From contig WFOE01000049.1 of the NCBI GenBank assembly GCA_015488215.1, positions 12,761-76,760 on the forward strand: a stretch of DNA of 64,000 bases, given 5' to 3'. Below are positions 17,742 to 28,211 of this stretch, in pieces (the first letter of the stretch is position 1; every line of letters starts with the position of its first letter). The notes under the pieces are model-generated. The model worked only from the letters and a program-made list of their open reading frames with translations, was not told the origin of the DNA and did not search any database. This DNA is from Planctomycetales bacterium (GTDB lineage Bacteria > Planctomycetota > Planctomycetia > Pirellulales > S012-138). The position numbers were made by a program, and so were the translations under genes.

Positions 17742-18956
17742 TTAAGCGGTTACTCCGGCGCTGAGGATGTAGTTGATGAACTCCTGGTTCGAAGGATACT
17801 TGCTCAACTGTTGCACCAGTTTTTCCATGGCGTCCACGGGGTTCATCTGGCTCAAGGTGCGGCGGAGCAGCGTGACGGCGTAGAGGGTTTGCGGATCCAG
17901 CAGCAGTTCCTCGCGCCGTGTTCCCGACTGGCTGATGTCGATTGCGGGAAAGATGCGCCGGTCGGACAACCGCCGATCGAGCACCAGCTCCATGTTGCCC
18001 GTCCCCTTGAACTCCTGGAAGATGATGTCGTCCATCTTGGAGCCGGTTTCCACCAGGGCGGTGGCCACGATGGTGAGCGAGCCACCTTCTTCGAATACAC
18101 GGGCGGTGGCGAAGAGTTTCTTGGGCACGTCCAGGGCGCGGATGTCCAGCCCGCCGGTGCCCGTGCGGCCCGAGTTGCCCACCCATTTGTTAAACGCCCG
18201 GGCCATCCGAGTAATGGAGTCCATGAGCAGAAAGACGTCGTAGCCCATTTCGGCCAGGCGTTTGCAGCGTTCCACCACCAGCTTGGAGAGCCGCACGTGG
18301 CTTTCCACGTCTTTGTCCAGGCTGCTGGCAAACACGTCCCCTTTGACGTTGCGGCGCATGTCGGTCACTTCCTCGGGCCGCTCATCGACCAGCAACATGA
18401 TGAGTTTGATATTGGGATAATTGGTCGAGATGGCGTTGCTTATCTGTTGCAACAGGATCGTCTTGCCGGTCCGCGGCGGGGCAACGATCAGAGCCCGCTG
18501 GCCCTTGCCCAAGGGGGTGAGCAGGTCCATGACGCGGGTGCTGATGGGGGTGGGGCCGGTTTCCAGCCGGAGCCACTGATGGGGGTTGACCGGCGTGAGT
18601 TCGTCGAAGTGTTTTACTTCCGGATATTCTTCCGGGGGCCGTCCGTCCACTTCGAAGATTTCAGCCAGCCGGGGGCCTTCCTGCTTGCGCACCTGCTTGG
18701 CCTTGCCGACGATGTACACGCCTTCGCGCAGGCGATACTGTTCGATGGTTCCGGCCGGGACGAACGGGTCGGTACGCTCGCGTTGCAGATCGTTGTCGGT
18801 GCGGCGCAGGAATCCGTACCCTTTGGGGTGCATTTCCAACACGCCGGCGGCGTCAATCACTTCGCCGGGGGCGGCAGCCGGGGCAGATTCCAGTTGCGGT
18901 TTATTGCGTTGCCGCTGGTTGTTGGATCGCGAGCGACTCTTCTTCCTTTTTGCCAT
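17742..18956 (-). CDS. rho: transcription termination factor Rho
   Basis: Trimmed to the ATG at 18956 (MAKRKKSRSRSNNQRQ...). It has a Walker A (PPRTGKTILLQ), a Rho RNA-binding domain (GYGFLR) and Q/R loops. Confidence 0.95.
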   Translation of the reverse strand: MAKRKKSRSRSNNQRQRNKPQLESAPAAAPGEVIDAAGVLEMHPKGYGFLRRTDNDLQRERTDPFVPAGTIEQYRLREGVYIVGKAKQVRKQEGPRLAEIFEVDGRPPEEYPEVKHFDELTPVNPHQWLRLETGPTPISTRVMDLLTPLGKGQRALIVAPPRTGKTILLQQISNAISTNYPNIKLIMLLVDERPEEVTDMRRNVKGDVFASSLDKDVESHVRLSKLVVERCKRLAEMGYDVFLLMDSITRMARAFNKWVGNSGRTGTGGLDIRALDVPKKLFATARVFEEGGSLTIVATALVETGSKMDDIIFQEFKGTGNMELVLDRRLSDRRIFPAIDISQSGTRREELLLDPQTLYAVTLLRRTLSQMNPVDAMEKLVQQLSKYPSNQEFINYILSAGVTA

Positions 18957-19789
18957 AACGCACCTGTTCACCGAAGTAGATTCCTTTCCGAGGGAAAACG
19001 ACACTGGAGGACGGGTTTTTGTCCTTGTTTCCAAAACTCTCAGGCGACTTGCCGCGTTTTTGGCCACGCGAGCAAGGAAACGCCTGGCCGCGCCGAAGGC
19101 CACAATCCACCCCCGAAAGGGGAAGCGGCCGCCGTGTCGGCGGACGGCTTGCTCACCTACTGGGCCGTCCTGGGACGGTCCCGTCCGCGGAGTTACCGTT
19201 TGACCGGTCCGGCCCCGCCGGAGGGAATCGGTCCCCAGAGATTCCGCCTCCGAAACCGAACCACCGCTGTTGCGAGCCGACAGCCCAACGAAGACGCTAG
19301 GGGGAGCTTCCCGGGCCGACGCGCTCTTGGTTGTTCGAGGAAGCCGAGTTCCTCACAGAACGTTCAACAGTCCACTGGGAAACAGAGTTACCCGTTCAGA
19401 CGCGCTGATCCAGTTCCCGTTGCGGAGTTCGTTTCAGGCCGGCAGGAGCAGAACAGCTTATGAGCCAAAACCGGATCAAGCACCAAGAAGCTTCTCGCTT
19501 CATACCTATCATAGGACCTCTTCGACCCGTGTCAAGGCACTCTGCTCCTTGGCACAGCCGCTCCCAGTCCCCGGAATGTCAATTCCTACCGTTTTTCTGT
19601 TCCTACCGTTCCGGGGAATCGGGGATGATTGTAGCGGATTGGCACGATACCACAACCCCAAAACTTTTCCGTGCTTGCACTCCTTGCTCGCAACCCGGTT
19701 CCAGCAACCGGGCGGAAGCTATCTTCTCAGGGGGGCCCTTTCCCCAGCGGTCTTGGCTTCGTAACACAGGGCGAACCAGGAAAGCAACC

Positions 19790-21412
19790 ATGGTCCGTTG
19801 GCTGCCGATCGTTTTGTTGCTGGTCAGTCTGGTGGCGCGCGACGCCCAGGCGACCGGGCAACTTTCCCAGCGGCAGTTGGTCGCTGCTGCCGCTTCCATC
19901 CGCGCCGAACAACTGGAAAAACACTGCTATACCCTGGCCGACGACGCCCTGGAAGGTCGCCGGGCCGGTACCCGCGGCGGACGCACCGCGGCCAACTACC
20001 TCCGCAACCATCTGGCCCGCTGGGGCTATCAGGGAGCCGGGCAGGACGGCGACTACTACCAACTCTTCCAGAACGGCTACCGCAACGTCCTGGCCCTGCT
20101 GCCGGGAAGCGATCCCAAGCTGAAAGACCAGGTGGTGCTGCTCGGGGCCCATTACGATCACGTGGGCTACGGATCGCCTCGGACCAGCCTGGGACCAATC
20201 GGCTACATCCACAACGGGGCCGACGACAACGCTAGCGGCACAGCGGTGGTGCTGGAAGTGGCCCGGGCCCTGGCGCAGCTCCCCCGACGCCCTCGCCGGT
20301 CCGTGCTGATTGCCTTCTGGGACGCCGAGGAGCTGGGCCTGCTGGGTTCGGAACACTGGTGCCGCCGCCCGACCGTGCCACTTCGTCGCATCAAGGCGGC
20401 CGTCAACTGCGACATGTTGGGTCGCCTTCGCCCCCAGGGGCTTCAGGTGCTGGCCTGGCGCAGCGGCGGCTCGTGGCGACGGCTGGTGTTGTGGTCCAAC
20501 CGCCAAGTGGGCCTGCCGCTTCGCTTTTCCTGGGAACTGAAACGCAACAGCGACCACTACCCGCTGCTGGAGCACGACGTGCCGGTGGTGATGTTCCACA
20601 CCGGTTTGCACGACGACTACCACCGGCCCAGCGACGATCCGGACAAGCTGAACTACCCGGGCATGGAACGCATCGCCCGGCTGGTGTTCTTGACCACGGT
20701 GCAGCTTGCCCAGGCGGACCGTTTGCCTCGGTTCCGCTCCCAGGTGTTCGAGGAGACGGGAACGCCGGCTTCGGACCACGGCCCCGGCACCCAGGCCGCC
20801 TCGCCCCGGCTGGGCCTCTCTTGGCGCAGCCAGAACCATAGCGAAAACGACGAGCCTGGCGCACTGGTACTGGAAGTAACACCCGGCTTGCCCGCCTGGC
20901 AAGCGGGGTTGCGTCCGGGCTGCCGAATTACGGGCGCAGCGGGCCGGGAGCTTCGCCGCCCCGATGAACTGTTCGCCCTGGTACAGCGATGCCGCCGAAA
21001 GCTGCTGCTGCGCTGGCTGGATGCGGAAGGAAATCCACAGCAACGCATCGTAATCCTGCGGGGCAAGCCGTTCCGCATCGGCATTACCTGGCGGGCCGAT
21101 CCGTTGGATCCCCAGGTGATGGTGCTCGTTCGGGTCATTGCCGATTCGCCGGCAGCCCGGGCGGGACTTCGCCGGGGGGACCGCATCTACGGCGTGGACG
21201 GGCGGCCGATCACTTCGTTCGAGGAGTTTTCGCGACAGGTCCGGGAAGCCCGCGACCGGCTGGAGCTGCTGGTGGAACGCCAAGGCCGCCTGGTGCCGGT
21301 GGTGGTGCGGCCCTGGTCGTTGTTCGATCTGGAAGAACAGCTCCGCCGCGTTTTGCCGCTGGTGGCTCCGGCTCCGCGGAAAGTGAGCCCGCCTGCGGCT
21401 TCTGCTTTGTAG
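19790..21412 (+). CDS. M28 family metallopeptidase with two C-terminal PDZ domains, secreted
   Basis: Trimmed to the ATG at 19790 with a signal peptide (MVRWLPIVLLLVSLVARDAQA). M28 motifs GAHYDHVG, GADDNASG and FWDAEELGLLGS are present, followed by two PDZ-like GLRxGD/C segments. Confidence 0.88.
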   Translation: MVRWLPIVLLLVSLVARDAQATGQLSQRQLVAAAASIRAEQLEKHCYTLADDALEGRRAGTRGGRTAANYLRNHLARWGYQGAGQDGDYYQLFQNGYRNVLALLPGSDPKLKDQVVLLGAHYDHVGYGSPRTSLGPIGYIHNGADDNASGTAVVLEVARALAQLPRRPRRSVLIAFWDAEELGLLGSEHWCRRPTVPLRRIKAAVNCDMLGRLRPQGLQVLAWRSGGSWRRLVLWSNRQVGLPLRFSWELKRNSDHYPLLEHDVPVVMFHTGLHDDYHRPSDDPDKLNYPGMERIARLVFLTTVQLAQADRLPRFRSQVFEETGTPASDHGPGTQAASPRLGLSWRSQNHSENDEPGALVLEVTPGLPAWQAGLRPGCRITGAAGRELRRPDELFALVQRCRRKLLLRWLDAEGNPQQRIVILRGKPFRIGITWRADPLDPQVMVLVRVIADSPAARAGLRRGDRIYGVDGRPITSFEEFSRQVREARDRLELLVERQGRLVPVVVRPWSLFDLEEQLRRVLPLVAPAPRKVSPPAASAL

Positions 21413-21450
21413 GCGGTTCGGCAAGGCTGCGGTGCCGCAGTGCCGTATGG

Positions 21451-23151
21451 TTAGTATTCCACGGCAGCGGCAGCGTCTCCCTCCTTGGCCAGCAGCGTCT
21501 GCGGCCGGTAGCCACCTTTGGCGCGGAAGTAGAAGATCAGCAGCAAGTAGCAAACAAACATCACCGCGGGCAGCACGGCGATTTTGGCCAACGTGGCTTG
21601 CCGGGCTCGGATGCGCAGTTGCTGCAACTTTTTGAGCATGGCGGCGGCCTGTTTGTCAGTTTTGGCCTTGGCTTCCAGTTGCTGGAGTTTTTCCTTGTCC
21701 AGCACGTGGGAGAGACCGAACATACCCGGCTTGGCTACGATCAACTGCTTGTGCAGCTCGGGAGCTTCGGCCTGGAGCATCTCGTGCAGCGTCTGGTCCT
21801 GTACGGCTCCGATCATCGGGTTGCCCAGTACGCCCACGGATAGCATGCCCACGCCGGCAATGGCGTTGAGCATCAACGCGCCGCCTTTGGGATACTGTTC
21901 GGAAACCACGCCCAGCGTGGTAGGCCAGAAGAACGTCTTGCCCAGCCCGTAGCAGGTGGCGGCCAGGAAGACCATCACTAGGGTTTGCCCTGCCATGGAA
22001 AGCCACAGCAGCCCGGCGCAGGCGATTGCCGCGCTGGCGGCCAGCAGTCCCAACGGCGAGATGCGGTGCACAATCGGACCGGCAAAGAACCGCAGCACGA
22101 ACATGATAATCGACGTGTAGGCCAGCACCAGCGGCCCGGCGATGTCGCTTTGCAGCACGCCCTTCATGATGTCGGTAATCCAACTGTCGGTGCCCAGCTC
22201 TGTGGTGGCCAGCAGGAACATCACCAGCAGCAGGAAGATGAACATCGGCCGACCGAAGCGAAGCACATACAGCCCGAATAGCACCGTAGGCACCAGGGCC
22301 ATCAGGGCAAACAGGGCAGCACGGGCCCAGAACTCGCCCAGGCGGGGAGTCCACTTTTCCACCACCCATTGCAGCCCCAATACGGTTTCCAGGTCCGTGT
22401 TGGCCACCTGGAGGATCTGGTTGATGCCGTAAACCAGCAGGAAGCAAACGATGAAAAAGCTGCCGGCGCCGAACTCCTGGAGCATCTCCTTGTAGGAGAC
22501 GCCGGCGGCGACGCGCTCTTGTTGCGGAAAACGCAACCCCAGCAGAATCAGCCCGTAGAGAACCATCGGAATCAGCACCACGGCCAGTTTCCACTGCCAC
22601 ATGTGGCCGGGCAGGTCGAGGAACTTCGCCTCGCTGCCGAAGACTACGGCTAGCACGCTGCCCAGCACCAGCCCGCCGGGCCATCCGGCGTGTAGGATGT
22701 TGAGCCAGTGGGTCTTGTTTCGCTCGTAGATGGTGGCCACCACAGGATTGATAACCGCCTCGACGATGCCGTTGCCCAAGGAAAACAGGAACGTACCGGC
22801 GTAGATCATCCCGTAGGCCACCTGGGCGTTGTCTCCGGCCACCGCCGGTGTAGCGAGCGTCAATACGACCGAGCCGACGTGAAACAGGAAGGCAAAGACC
22901 ATCGACAGCCCGTAGCCAATCCGGTCCACGATTAGGCTGAACAGAATGATGGAGATGGCAAACGGGTACAGGCCCGCCCCTTGGATGGTGCCCTTTTGTT
23001 CTTCGCTCAAGTTGAACAACTGGCCCCACACTTCCAGCAAGTCGGCGCGAATGGCAAACCCGACGCTGGTGGCCACCAGGGCCAGAAAACAACCCAGAAA
23101 AAGACGGAAACGGCGAATCTCAGGAGAAGAAGCTGGTACCGAGGTGCTCAC
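21451..23151 (-). CDS. MFS transporter with a C-terminal coiled-coil plus extra helix
   Basis: 566 aa. About 12 helices in an MFS-like arrangement are followed by KEKLQQLEAKAKTDKQAAAMLKKLQQLR and a final hydrophobic helix. Confidence 0.82.
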   Translation of the reverse strand: MSTSVPASSPEIRRFRLFLGCFLALVATSVGFAIRADLLEVWGQLFNLSEEQKGTIQGAGLYPFAISIILFSLIVDRIGYGLSMVFAFLFHVGSVVLTLATPAVAGDNAQVAYGMIYAGTFLFSLGNGIVEAVINPVVATIYERNKTHWLNILHAGWPGGLVLGSVLAVVFGSEAKFLDLPGHMWQWKLAVVLIPMVLYGLILLGLRFPQQERVAAGVSYKEMLQEFGAGSFFIVCFLLVYGINQILQVANTDLETVLGLQWVVEKWTPRLGEFWARAALFALMALVPTVLFGLYVLRFGRPMFIFLLLVMFLLATTELGTDSWITDIMKGVLQSDIAGPLVLAYTSIIMFVLRFFAGPIVHRISPLGLLAASAAIACAGLLWLSMAGQTLVMVFLAATCYGLGKTFFWPTTLGVVSEQYPKGGALMLNAIAGVGMLSVGVLGNPMIGAVQDQTLHEMLQAEAPELHKQLIVAKPGMFGLSHVLDKEKLQQLEAKAKTDKQAAAMLKKLQQLRIRARQATLAKIAVLPAVMFVCYLLLIFYFRAKGGYRPQTLLAKEGDAAAAVEY

Positions 23152-23283
23152 CGCCGGAACTCCTTAGGGACGGGAAGGAGAAGGGCAGCACACCCGCGTG
23201 CCGCCGACCGGTTTTTGGAGTATAACCAGCCCCGAGAGCAAGTAAACCTTTTTGTACCGGAGAGCCCCTTTGAAGACCCCCTC

Positions 23284-23700
23284 GGCGAGTCCCGGACTTC
23301 AGTCCGGGGAGAGCCGATTACAAGAATAAACGTCTAATCTTGCACTGGAGCGGAAGCTCCCAGTGGCCGACGGCCCTGCCGCCCTCCGCCGACTAAAGTC
23401 GGCGGCTCGCCGATTGCGAGAGTCCGGCACATTGCCGCGCATCCAGCGAGCTGCGAGTGTCAACTCGCGGAGCGGTGAGAATACCGGCGTTTGCGTTTTC
23501 TTTTGGACTCTCGCTGAGTGCAAGAGAGCGGCGCTTATTCTCGCATCGGAGTGGAAGCTCTCCGCGCAACAGCGCACGGCGCAAGTCGATCACCGACAGC
23601 GAATGACCGAGTACGAGTACGAGCACGAGTACGATTGTTTTGCCGCTGGAGCGGAGTTCCTCCCACGCCTTCATCCATCCCCAAAGTCCCCACGTCCGCC
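23284..23700. repeat. intergenic multi-hairpin repeat array R4 (between YugP-like stop and MFS start)
   Basis: Modules in order: GGCGAG-TCCCGGAC-ttca-GTCCGGGGA (23284-23310); CAAGA...TCTTG stem; GGAGC-GGAA-GCTCC (23347-23360); CCGCCGAC-taaa-GTCGGCGG-CTCGCCGATT (23386-23415); GCGAGT-gtca-ACTCGC (23453-23468); GAGTAC/GAGCAC hexamers (23609-23634). This order is collinear with parts of R5 and R6. Confidence 0.88.
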
Positions 23701-23703
23701 AGT

Positions 23704-24390
23704 TTACTCGTCGCTTTGTCCCACGCCGCCAAAGCGCAGTAACAGATAAAGCAGCGTGAGCACCGCTTGGAGCGTGGCAGCCACGTAGGTCCAGGCGGCG
23801 GCCGAAAGGACGTCGTCCACCGCTTCCAGTTGCTGCTGGTTGGCCAGTCCCAGGATGGCCAGATGCTCTTTGGCCCGGCGACTGGCGTCGAACTCCACCG
23901 GCAGGTTGATTAGCTGGAACACCACCACGCCACCGAAGGCGATGATTCCGAACCAGATAAGCGCCGGAGAGCTGAACAGCGCCCCCAGAATAATCATCCA
24001 GAACCCGGCGTTTCCGCCAAACGAAGCAGCCGGAACCGCCAGGTTGCGCAGTACCAGCGGAGCATACTGGGCCGCATGCTGCATGGCATGACCGGCTTCG
24101 TGGGCGGCAATTCCGGCGGCGGCCATGTGCTGCCCGCGATAAACGCCCGGGCTGAGCCTCAGCACGCGCTGCGTGGGATCGTAGTGGTCGCTCAAGAATC
24201 CGGGCGTTTCTTCGATGGCTACGTCGTACAGCCCTTGGGAATCGAGCAACCTCCGGGCGGCTTCGGCCCCGGTGAGCGAGCAAGGCACCTGGCTTGCCCG
24301 CTGGTAAGCCGAATGGACACGCGCCTGGGCCCAGATGGCCAGCAGCAGAGCCGGGGCAATCATCAGGAAGAAAAGCGGATCGAAAAACAT
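23704..24390 (-). CDS. YugP-type zinc metallopeptidase (Zn_peptidase_2 family), membrane-bound
   Basis: 228 aa. It has the HEAGHAMQH zinc site, an N-terminal helix (FFLMIAPALLLAIWA) and C-terminal helices. Confidence 0.88.
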   Translation of the reverse strand: MFFDPLFFLMIAPALLLAIWAQARVHSAYQRASQVPCSLTGAEAARRLLDSQGLYDVAIEETPGFLSDHYDPTQRVLRLSPGVYRGQHMAAAGIAAHEAGHAMQHAAQYAPLVLRNLAVPAASFGGNAGFWMIILGALFSSPALIWFGIIAFGGVVVFQLINLPVEFDASRRAKEHLAILGLANQQQLEAVDDVLSAAAWTYVAATLQAVLTLLYLLLRFGGVGQSDE

Positions 24391-24578
24391 GGTGGCTCCC
24401 TTGGACCAAAACGGAAGCTTCCTTCAAAGTGCAGCGGGCCGAACGATTCCCGTATCCACCATCGCAGAAAATTATACGGCCGCTCCCGTGGAGGGAAACT
24501 CCTCCCCGACCCGCCCCGGCAAACTGCCGCCACGCGGCCGCGTTGGGGGAACGTTGCGGCACCTGGTCCGGGCTTGTT

Positions 24579-27500
24579 TCAGGCCGATACGCCGTCCGGG
24601 GCGATCTGTTCGGGAGCATGGACTTCGCTGGGCACCAAGGGCACGGACGACAACAGCCGCGGCACTTCCCCGAGCGGATTCTCCTGCAACTGCTGCCAAT
24701 GCTGGACCCACAAAAGCCAATGCAAAGGGTGCTTGGTAAACAGGATCTCCGACAAGTCCAGCACTGGTAGTTTGAGCCGCAGTTGCGGATCGCGGCAGCG
24801 GGGAACCAGCACGCCACGCGGTTCGTCCAGCACGTATTCGGCTTCGCAGGCGTAATCGTCCGATGGCCAGACCACCAGCCGGTTGCGGTCGATGTCGTAG
24901 GCCACCTGGGGCCAGGGGAAGGCGGCTTCGATCTGCTGCCGGACCAGGTGGGCTCCGGCCAGCTTGTAAAGACCGGCCAAGGCGTTGCGGAACAGTTGCA
25001 AATCGTGTTTCTCCAGCCGCTGCCACCATCCTTCGGCGCTGAGCGAGGCCAGCAGCCAGCCGCTCTGTTCTTCAAAGACGATCCAGGCTGGGCGGGGGTC
25101 CAAGCGAGGGCAGGCTACAGCCACGCGGATGCGGTTGGAGCCGATATGCACCTGCTCTACCCGCAACGGATGCGGCCAGGCACGGCTTCGCTCCAGCAGG
25201 CGAAGCAGTTCCCGTTGGACGAAATGGGCAATCTGGTGTTTCACTTCCTCCAGGGCTTGCAGGGCCTTGCGTTCCTGGGAACCGCGTCCGGTCAGGGCGG
25301 TGCGCCGCTGGGCACGACGGAGCTTGCGGTACAGCTTGGGCAGCGTGCCGGAGTGGATGCCCGGCTTCATCAGCCGCAGCATGGTTTCGCCGTGGTGGCC
25401 CACCACGGCCGGTTGGAGCTCTTCGGGCCGGTTGGCCTCATACAGCCGCCAGTTTTCTTTCAGCTCCCAGGCCAGGAAGCCGAAAATGCCCGGAATGCAA
25501 AAGATGATGCCGAAAGCCAGGGCCAGGGCCTCGTGTTCGTTTTCGAACAGGGCGAACTGCTGCAACACCTTGGCCAGCAGCGGGGCCGTGGGCAGCAACA
25601 GTTTGTGCGACACGGTAACCACGGGAAAGTGCTTGATGGGGTTGATCTGCGGTTCCAGCAGCAGCGTCACGGCAAAGCGGATCACGTACTCCACCACGGC
25701 CCAAAGCCAGCCGCCCACCAGCTTCAGCCAGGTGGTCCACGAAGTGTCCCCCCGTTGGAATCGCAACCACTGGTCCACGGCGTAGAGGGCTCGGTCCACC
25801 GCCTCCAACAGCGCGCGGAAGAAATCCACCACCAGATAGAACAGCCCTATCAAAAGCGTTCCCCACACCAGACGCAGCCAGCGGATGAGCCATTGGCTGA
25901 GCTGTTCTTCCGCATCCCGACCCCAGCGGCTGTTAAGCAGCATGTTCCAGCCCAGGAACATGGTCAGCACGGCCAGGGGGTTGGAATGCCAACTGCGCAG
26001 CGAAGGGGATTCCGCCATGTAAAACAGCATCCACACCAGCGCGGTGAACAGGGCCGGTTTGAACAAATAGCGCCACAATGCCCGAACTTCGCGCATCGCC
26101 AGCAGCCGCTGGAGCCAACGAATACCCAGCCAGCGAAGTACCAGCAAACCCAACCAGCGGAGCGTGCGCCACAGCAGCCGCAGGGCTTGAGCCACCCCCT
26201 GGCGAAACGCGGGCACGTTGATCGCCAGCAGCAAAAACGTGCCCAGTCCGACCACGGCTTGCCAGGGCACATCGGGACCGTGTTTGTGATGCTCGTGCTG
26301 CGGAGGGGGGGCCGCTTCCGGGAACTGTTCCGGTCCGGGATGTGCAGCGTGCCCGGCTGCGGCCCTGGCGGCAGACTGGCCCTGGCCCGGGGGCGCAGGT
26401 TGCCCGGTTTCGGCAGAGGGGGTGGCTGCCGGGACCAGATGCCCCACCACATACAGCACGGCAAACAGGATGAGGTAGGCTCCGCCGAACGGGAGCAGCC
26501 CCCAACGCGTCAGAAACCGGCCGGTTCGGGTGCCGAACAGCGCGGCGCTGAGCCGCTGCATCCAACGCAGGTAGACTTCGGCCGAACGGTACAGACCGGG
26601 CAGGGACCGGGCCAGTTCCCAATTGCTTCGCAGCAGCGGGTCTCCGGTCCACAGTTCGGCCGGGCCTTGCAGATCTCGCATTTTGAGCTGGTTTCGGGCC
26701 ACGGCATCCCGCAACGAGCCGAACCCGAAGTGCCCGCGTTGCAGCACCTCATCCACTAGCTCCTGGGCGATTTTGTCCAGGGCGACTTCCTCGGGCAGAT
26801 TCTCCGGCACCAGCCCTCCGTCGCGCAGCGATCCCGCGATGATGCGGCAAAGTCGGGGACGAAGCTGCTCCTCCACGGCTCTTTCGGCCCGGCCAAGCAA
26901 CTCGCGGAGGCGGACGCGGAGCTTTTCGTTCAAATGCACCCAGGGAAGCCGGCGTCGGGCGGCGGCCAGGTGCCGATAGCCTCGGGCAAGATCCACCAAC
27001 GGAATCGCTTGCCGCAGCGGGGACCGGCCCCTGGTGCGCAGCCAGGGCCAAAGCTGGAACCGGTACGGAGGCCGTTCCCGGTCAACGCAGAGCTTTTGCA
27101 GATCGTACATCAGCCGCGTTTCGGCCGTCCAAAGCCCGCGGGCGGCCGGCTCCAGCAGGCCCCAGAGCACCGAACGCCACCGTTGTGCTTCCTCGTTGGA
27201 GAAGCCCAGGGCTTGCTGCAATCGTTCCACGAGCCGGTCCAGGTACTTGCGCGCTTGTTCCGAAGCGGCCTGAGCCCTCTTGGCCGTGCCGAAGCGGGCG
27301 GCTCGCTGGGCCAGGATCGCCGCGCGGACGTCGTTCCCGGCGGCGGCCGCTTTCTCCGCGCTGCGCAGCAGGCGGTTGAAGCGGCGCAAATCCTCCTGGC
27401 GTTCCGGGCCGGGACCGTAGCCCAGCCAGTCCAACACCCGGATAACCGCTCGCAGGAAAGGGCCGGCGTCGTCCTCTTCGCTGTTCTGGTCGTGTTCCCG

Positions 27501-28211
27501 GCGTTGCTGCTCGTTCCACTGTTCCGGGTCCGGAGCCCCGGGCAGGCGCGTGCGGTGGAACAGGGCTTGGGCGTCCACGTCCTGGGCCAGCACCTGTTCG
27601 ATCTGTTCCCACTGCACCATGGTGGGAAAGAACCGGGGCAGCAGATGGGGCTGGAACCACCGGAGTTCCAGAAACACCGCGGCAAACTCGATGTAAACGT
27701 TGCGGTCTTCCAGTGGCGGCAGCAGCAGTTCTTCGCTTTGCAGCACGTGCCGCACTTCGTCAAACTCGGTCTGTCCGATGCGGTGAATCCGCTGCCGCAC
27801 CCGTGGCAGCGTCAGCTCTCCCCGGGCGATACGCCGCTGCAATTCCAAATGAATCCGACCGTGAAACAGCAACCGCCAGTACTCCAGCAGCAACTCGCTG
27901 CGGCTCAGGCCGTGGAGTTCTTCGTCCTCGGGCCAGGCCAGCAGAATGACCTGCTCAGGCAGGTCGCACCGGGGGAGCAGCTCGTCGGGTTCAACGACTC
28001 GGCTCAACTCCTCGCGAGAAACGACAAAGCTTTTGCGGTGCGGAATCTGCCATCCCCAGCCGGCCACCTGGCGGCAGTGTTTGATGACCCGCCAAAGGAC
28101 CCGGGGCGCAACCAGAAACGCCGCCGGATCGGCCCGGTGGACCAGTCGGGCAAGCTCCTCCAAGCTCAGCTCGGCCAGAGCCGGCGTTTCTTCGGGAGCC
28201 GGGGCGCTCAC
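24579..28211 (-). CDS. large (about 1210 aa) multi-pass membrane protein of unknown function
   Basis: One long uninterrupted frame. It has a soluble N-terminal region of about 560 aa, about 8 hydrophobic helices around a His-rich loop (PPPQHEHHKHGPD), and a soluble C-terminal region of about 330 aa. The track start at 28235 is a TTG. The GTG at 28211 has AAGGAA 6-7 nt upstream. Confidence 0.85.
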   Translation of the reverse strand: MSAPAPEETPALAELSLEELARLVHRADPAAFLVAPRVLWRVIKHCRQVAGWGWQIPHRKSFVVSREELSRVVEPDELLPRCDLPEQVILLAWPEDEELHGLSRSELLLEYWRLLFHGRIHLELQRRIARGELTLPRVRQRIHRIGQTEFDEVRHVLQSEELLLPPLEDRNVYIEFAAVFLELRWFQPHLLPRFFPTMVQWEQIEQVLAQDVDAQALFHRTRLPGAPDPEQWNEQQRREHDQNSEEDDAGPFLRAVIRVLDWLGYGPGPERQEDLRRFNRLLRSAEKAAAAGNDVRAAILAQRAARFGTAKRAQAASEQARKYLDRLVERLQQALGFSNEEAQRWRSVLWGLLEPAARGLWTAETRLMYDLQKLCVDRERPPYRFQLWPWLRTRGRSPLRQAIPLVDLARGYRHLAAARRRLPWVHLNEKLRVRLRELLGRAERAVEEQLRPRLCRIIAGSLRDGGLVPENLPEEVALDKIAQELVDEVLQRGHFGFGSLRDAVARNQLKMRDLQGPAELWTGDPLLRSNWELARSLPGLYRSAEVYLRWMQRLSAALFGTRTGRFLTRWGLLPFGGAYLILFAVLYVVGHLVPAATPSAETGQPAPPGQGQSAARAAAGHAAHPGPEQFPEAAPPPQHEHHKHGPDVPWQAVVGLGTFLLLAINVPAFRQGVAQALRLLWRTLRWLGLLVLRWLGIRWLQRLLAMREVRALWRYLFKPALFTALVWMLFYMAESPSLRSWHSNPLAVLTMFLGWNMLLNSRWGRDAEEQLSQWLIRWLRLVWGTLLIGLFYLVVDFFRALLEAVDRALYAVDQWLRFQRGDTSWTTWLKLVGGWLWAVVEYVIRFAVTLLLEPQINPIKHFPVVTVSHKLLLPTAPLLAKVLQQFALFENEHEALALAFGIIFCIPGIFGFLAWELKENWRLYEANRPEELQPAVVGHHGETMLRLMKPGIHSGTLPKLYRKLRRAQRRTALTGRGSQERKALQALEEVKHQIAHFVQRELLRLLERSRAWPHPLRVEQVHIGSNRIRVAVACPRLDPRPAWIVFEEQSGWLLASLSAEGWWQRLEKHDLQLFRNALAGLYKLAGAHLVRQQIEAAFPWPQVAYDIDRNRLVVWPSDDYACEAEYVLDEPRGVLVPRCRDPQLRLKLPVLDLSEILFTKHPLHWLLWVQHWQQLQENPLGEVPRLLSSVPLVPSEVHAPEQIAPDGVSA

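Noticed and set aside
17220-19463. 747-aa plus-strand ORF
   Set aside because: It is antisense to rho and runs on into non-coding DNA. Its composition is Gly/Arg/Ala/Pro-rich, typical of shadow frames in high-GC DNA. rho on the opposite strand has unambiguous motifs.
19104-19789. RNase P RNA, tmRNA or SRP RNA in the long rho-upstream region
   Set aside because: There are weak resemblances: minus-strand ACGGTAACTCCGCGG...GAGCAAGCC, and plus-strand CAGAACAGCTTATG compared with ACAGAACCCGGCTTA. However, the universal GAGGAAAGTCCGGGC P4 strand is absent on both strands and the spacing is wrong. No tmRNA or SRP cores are present.
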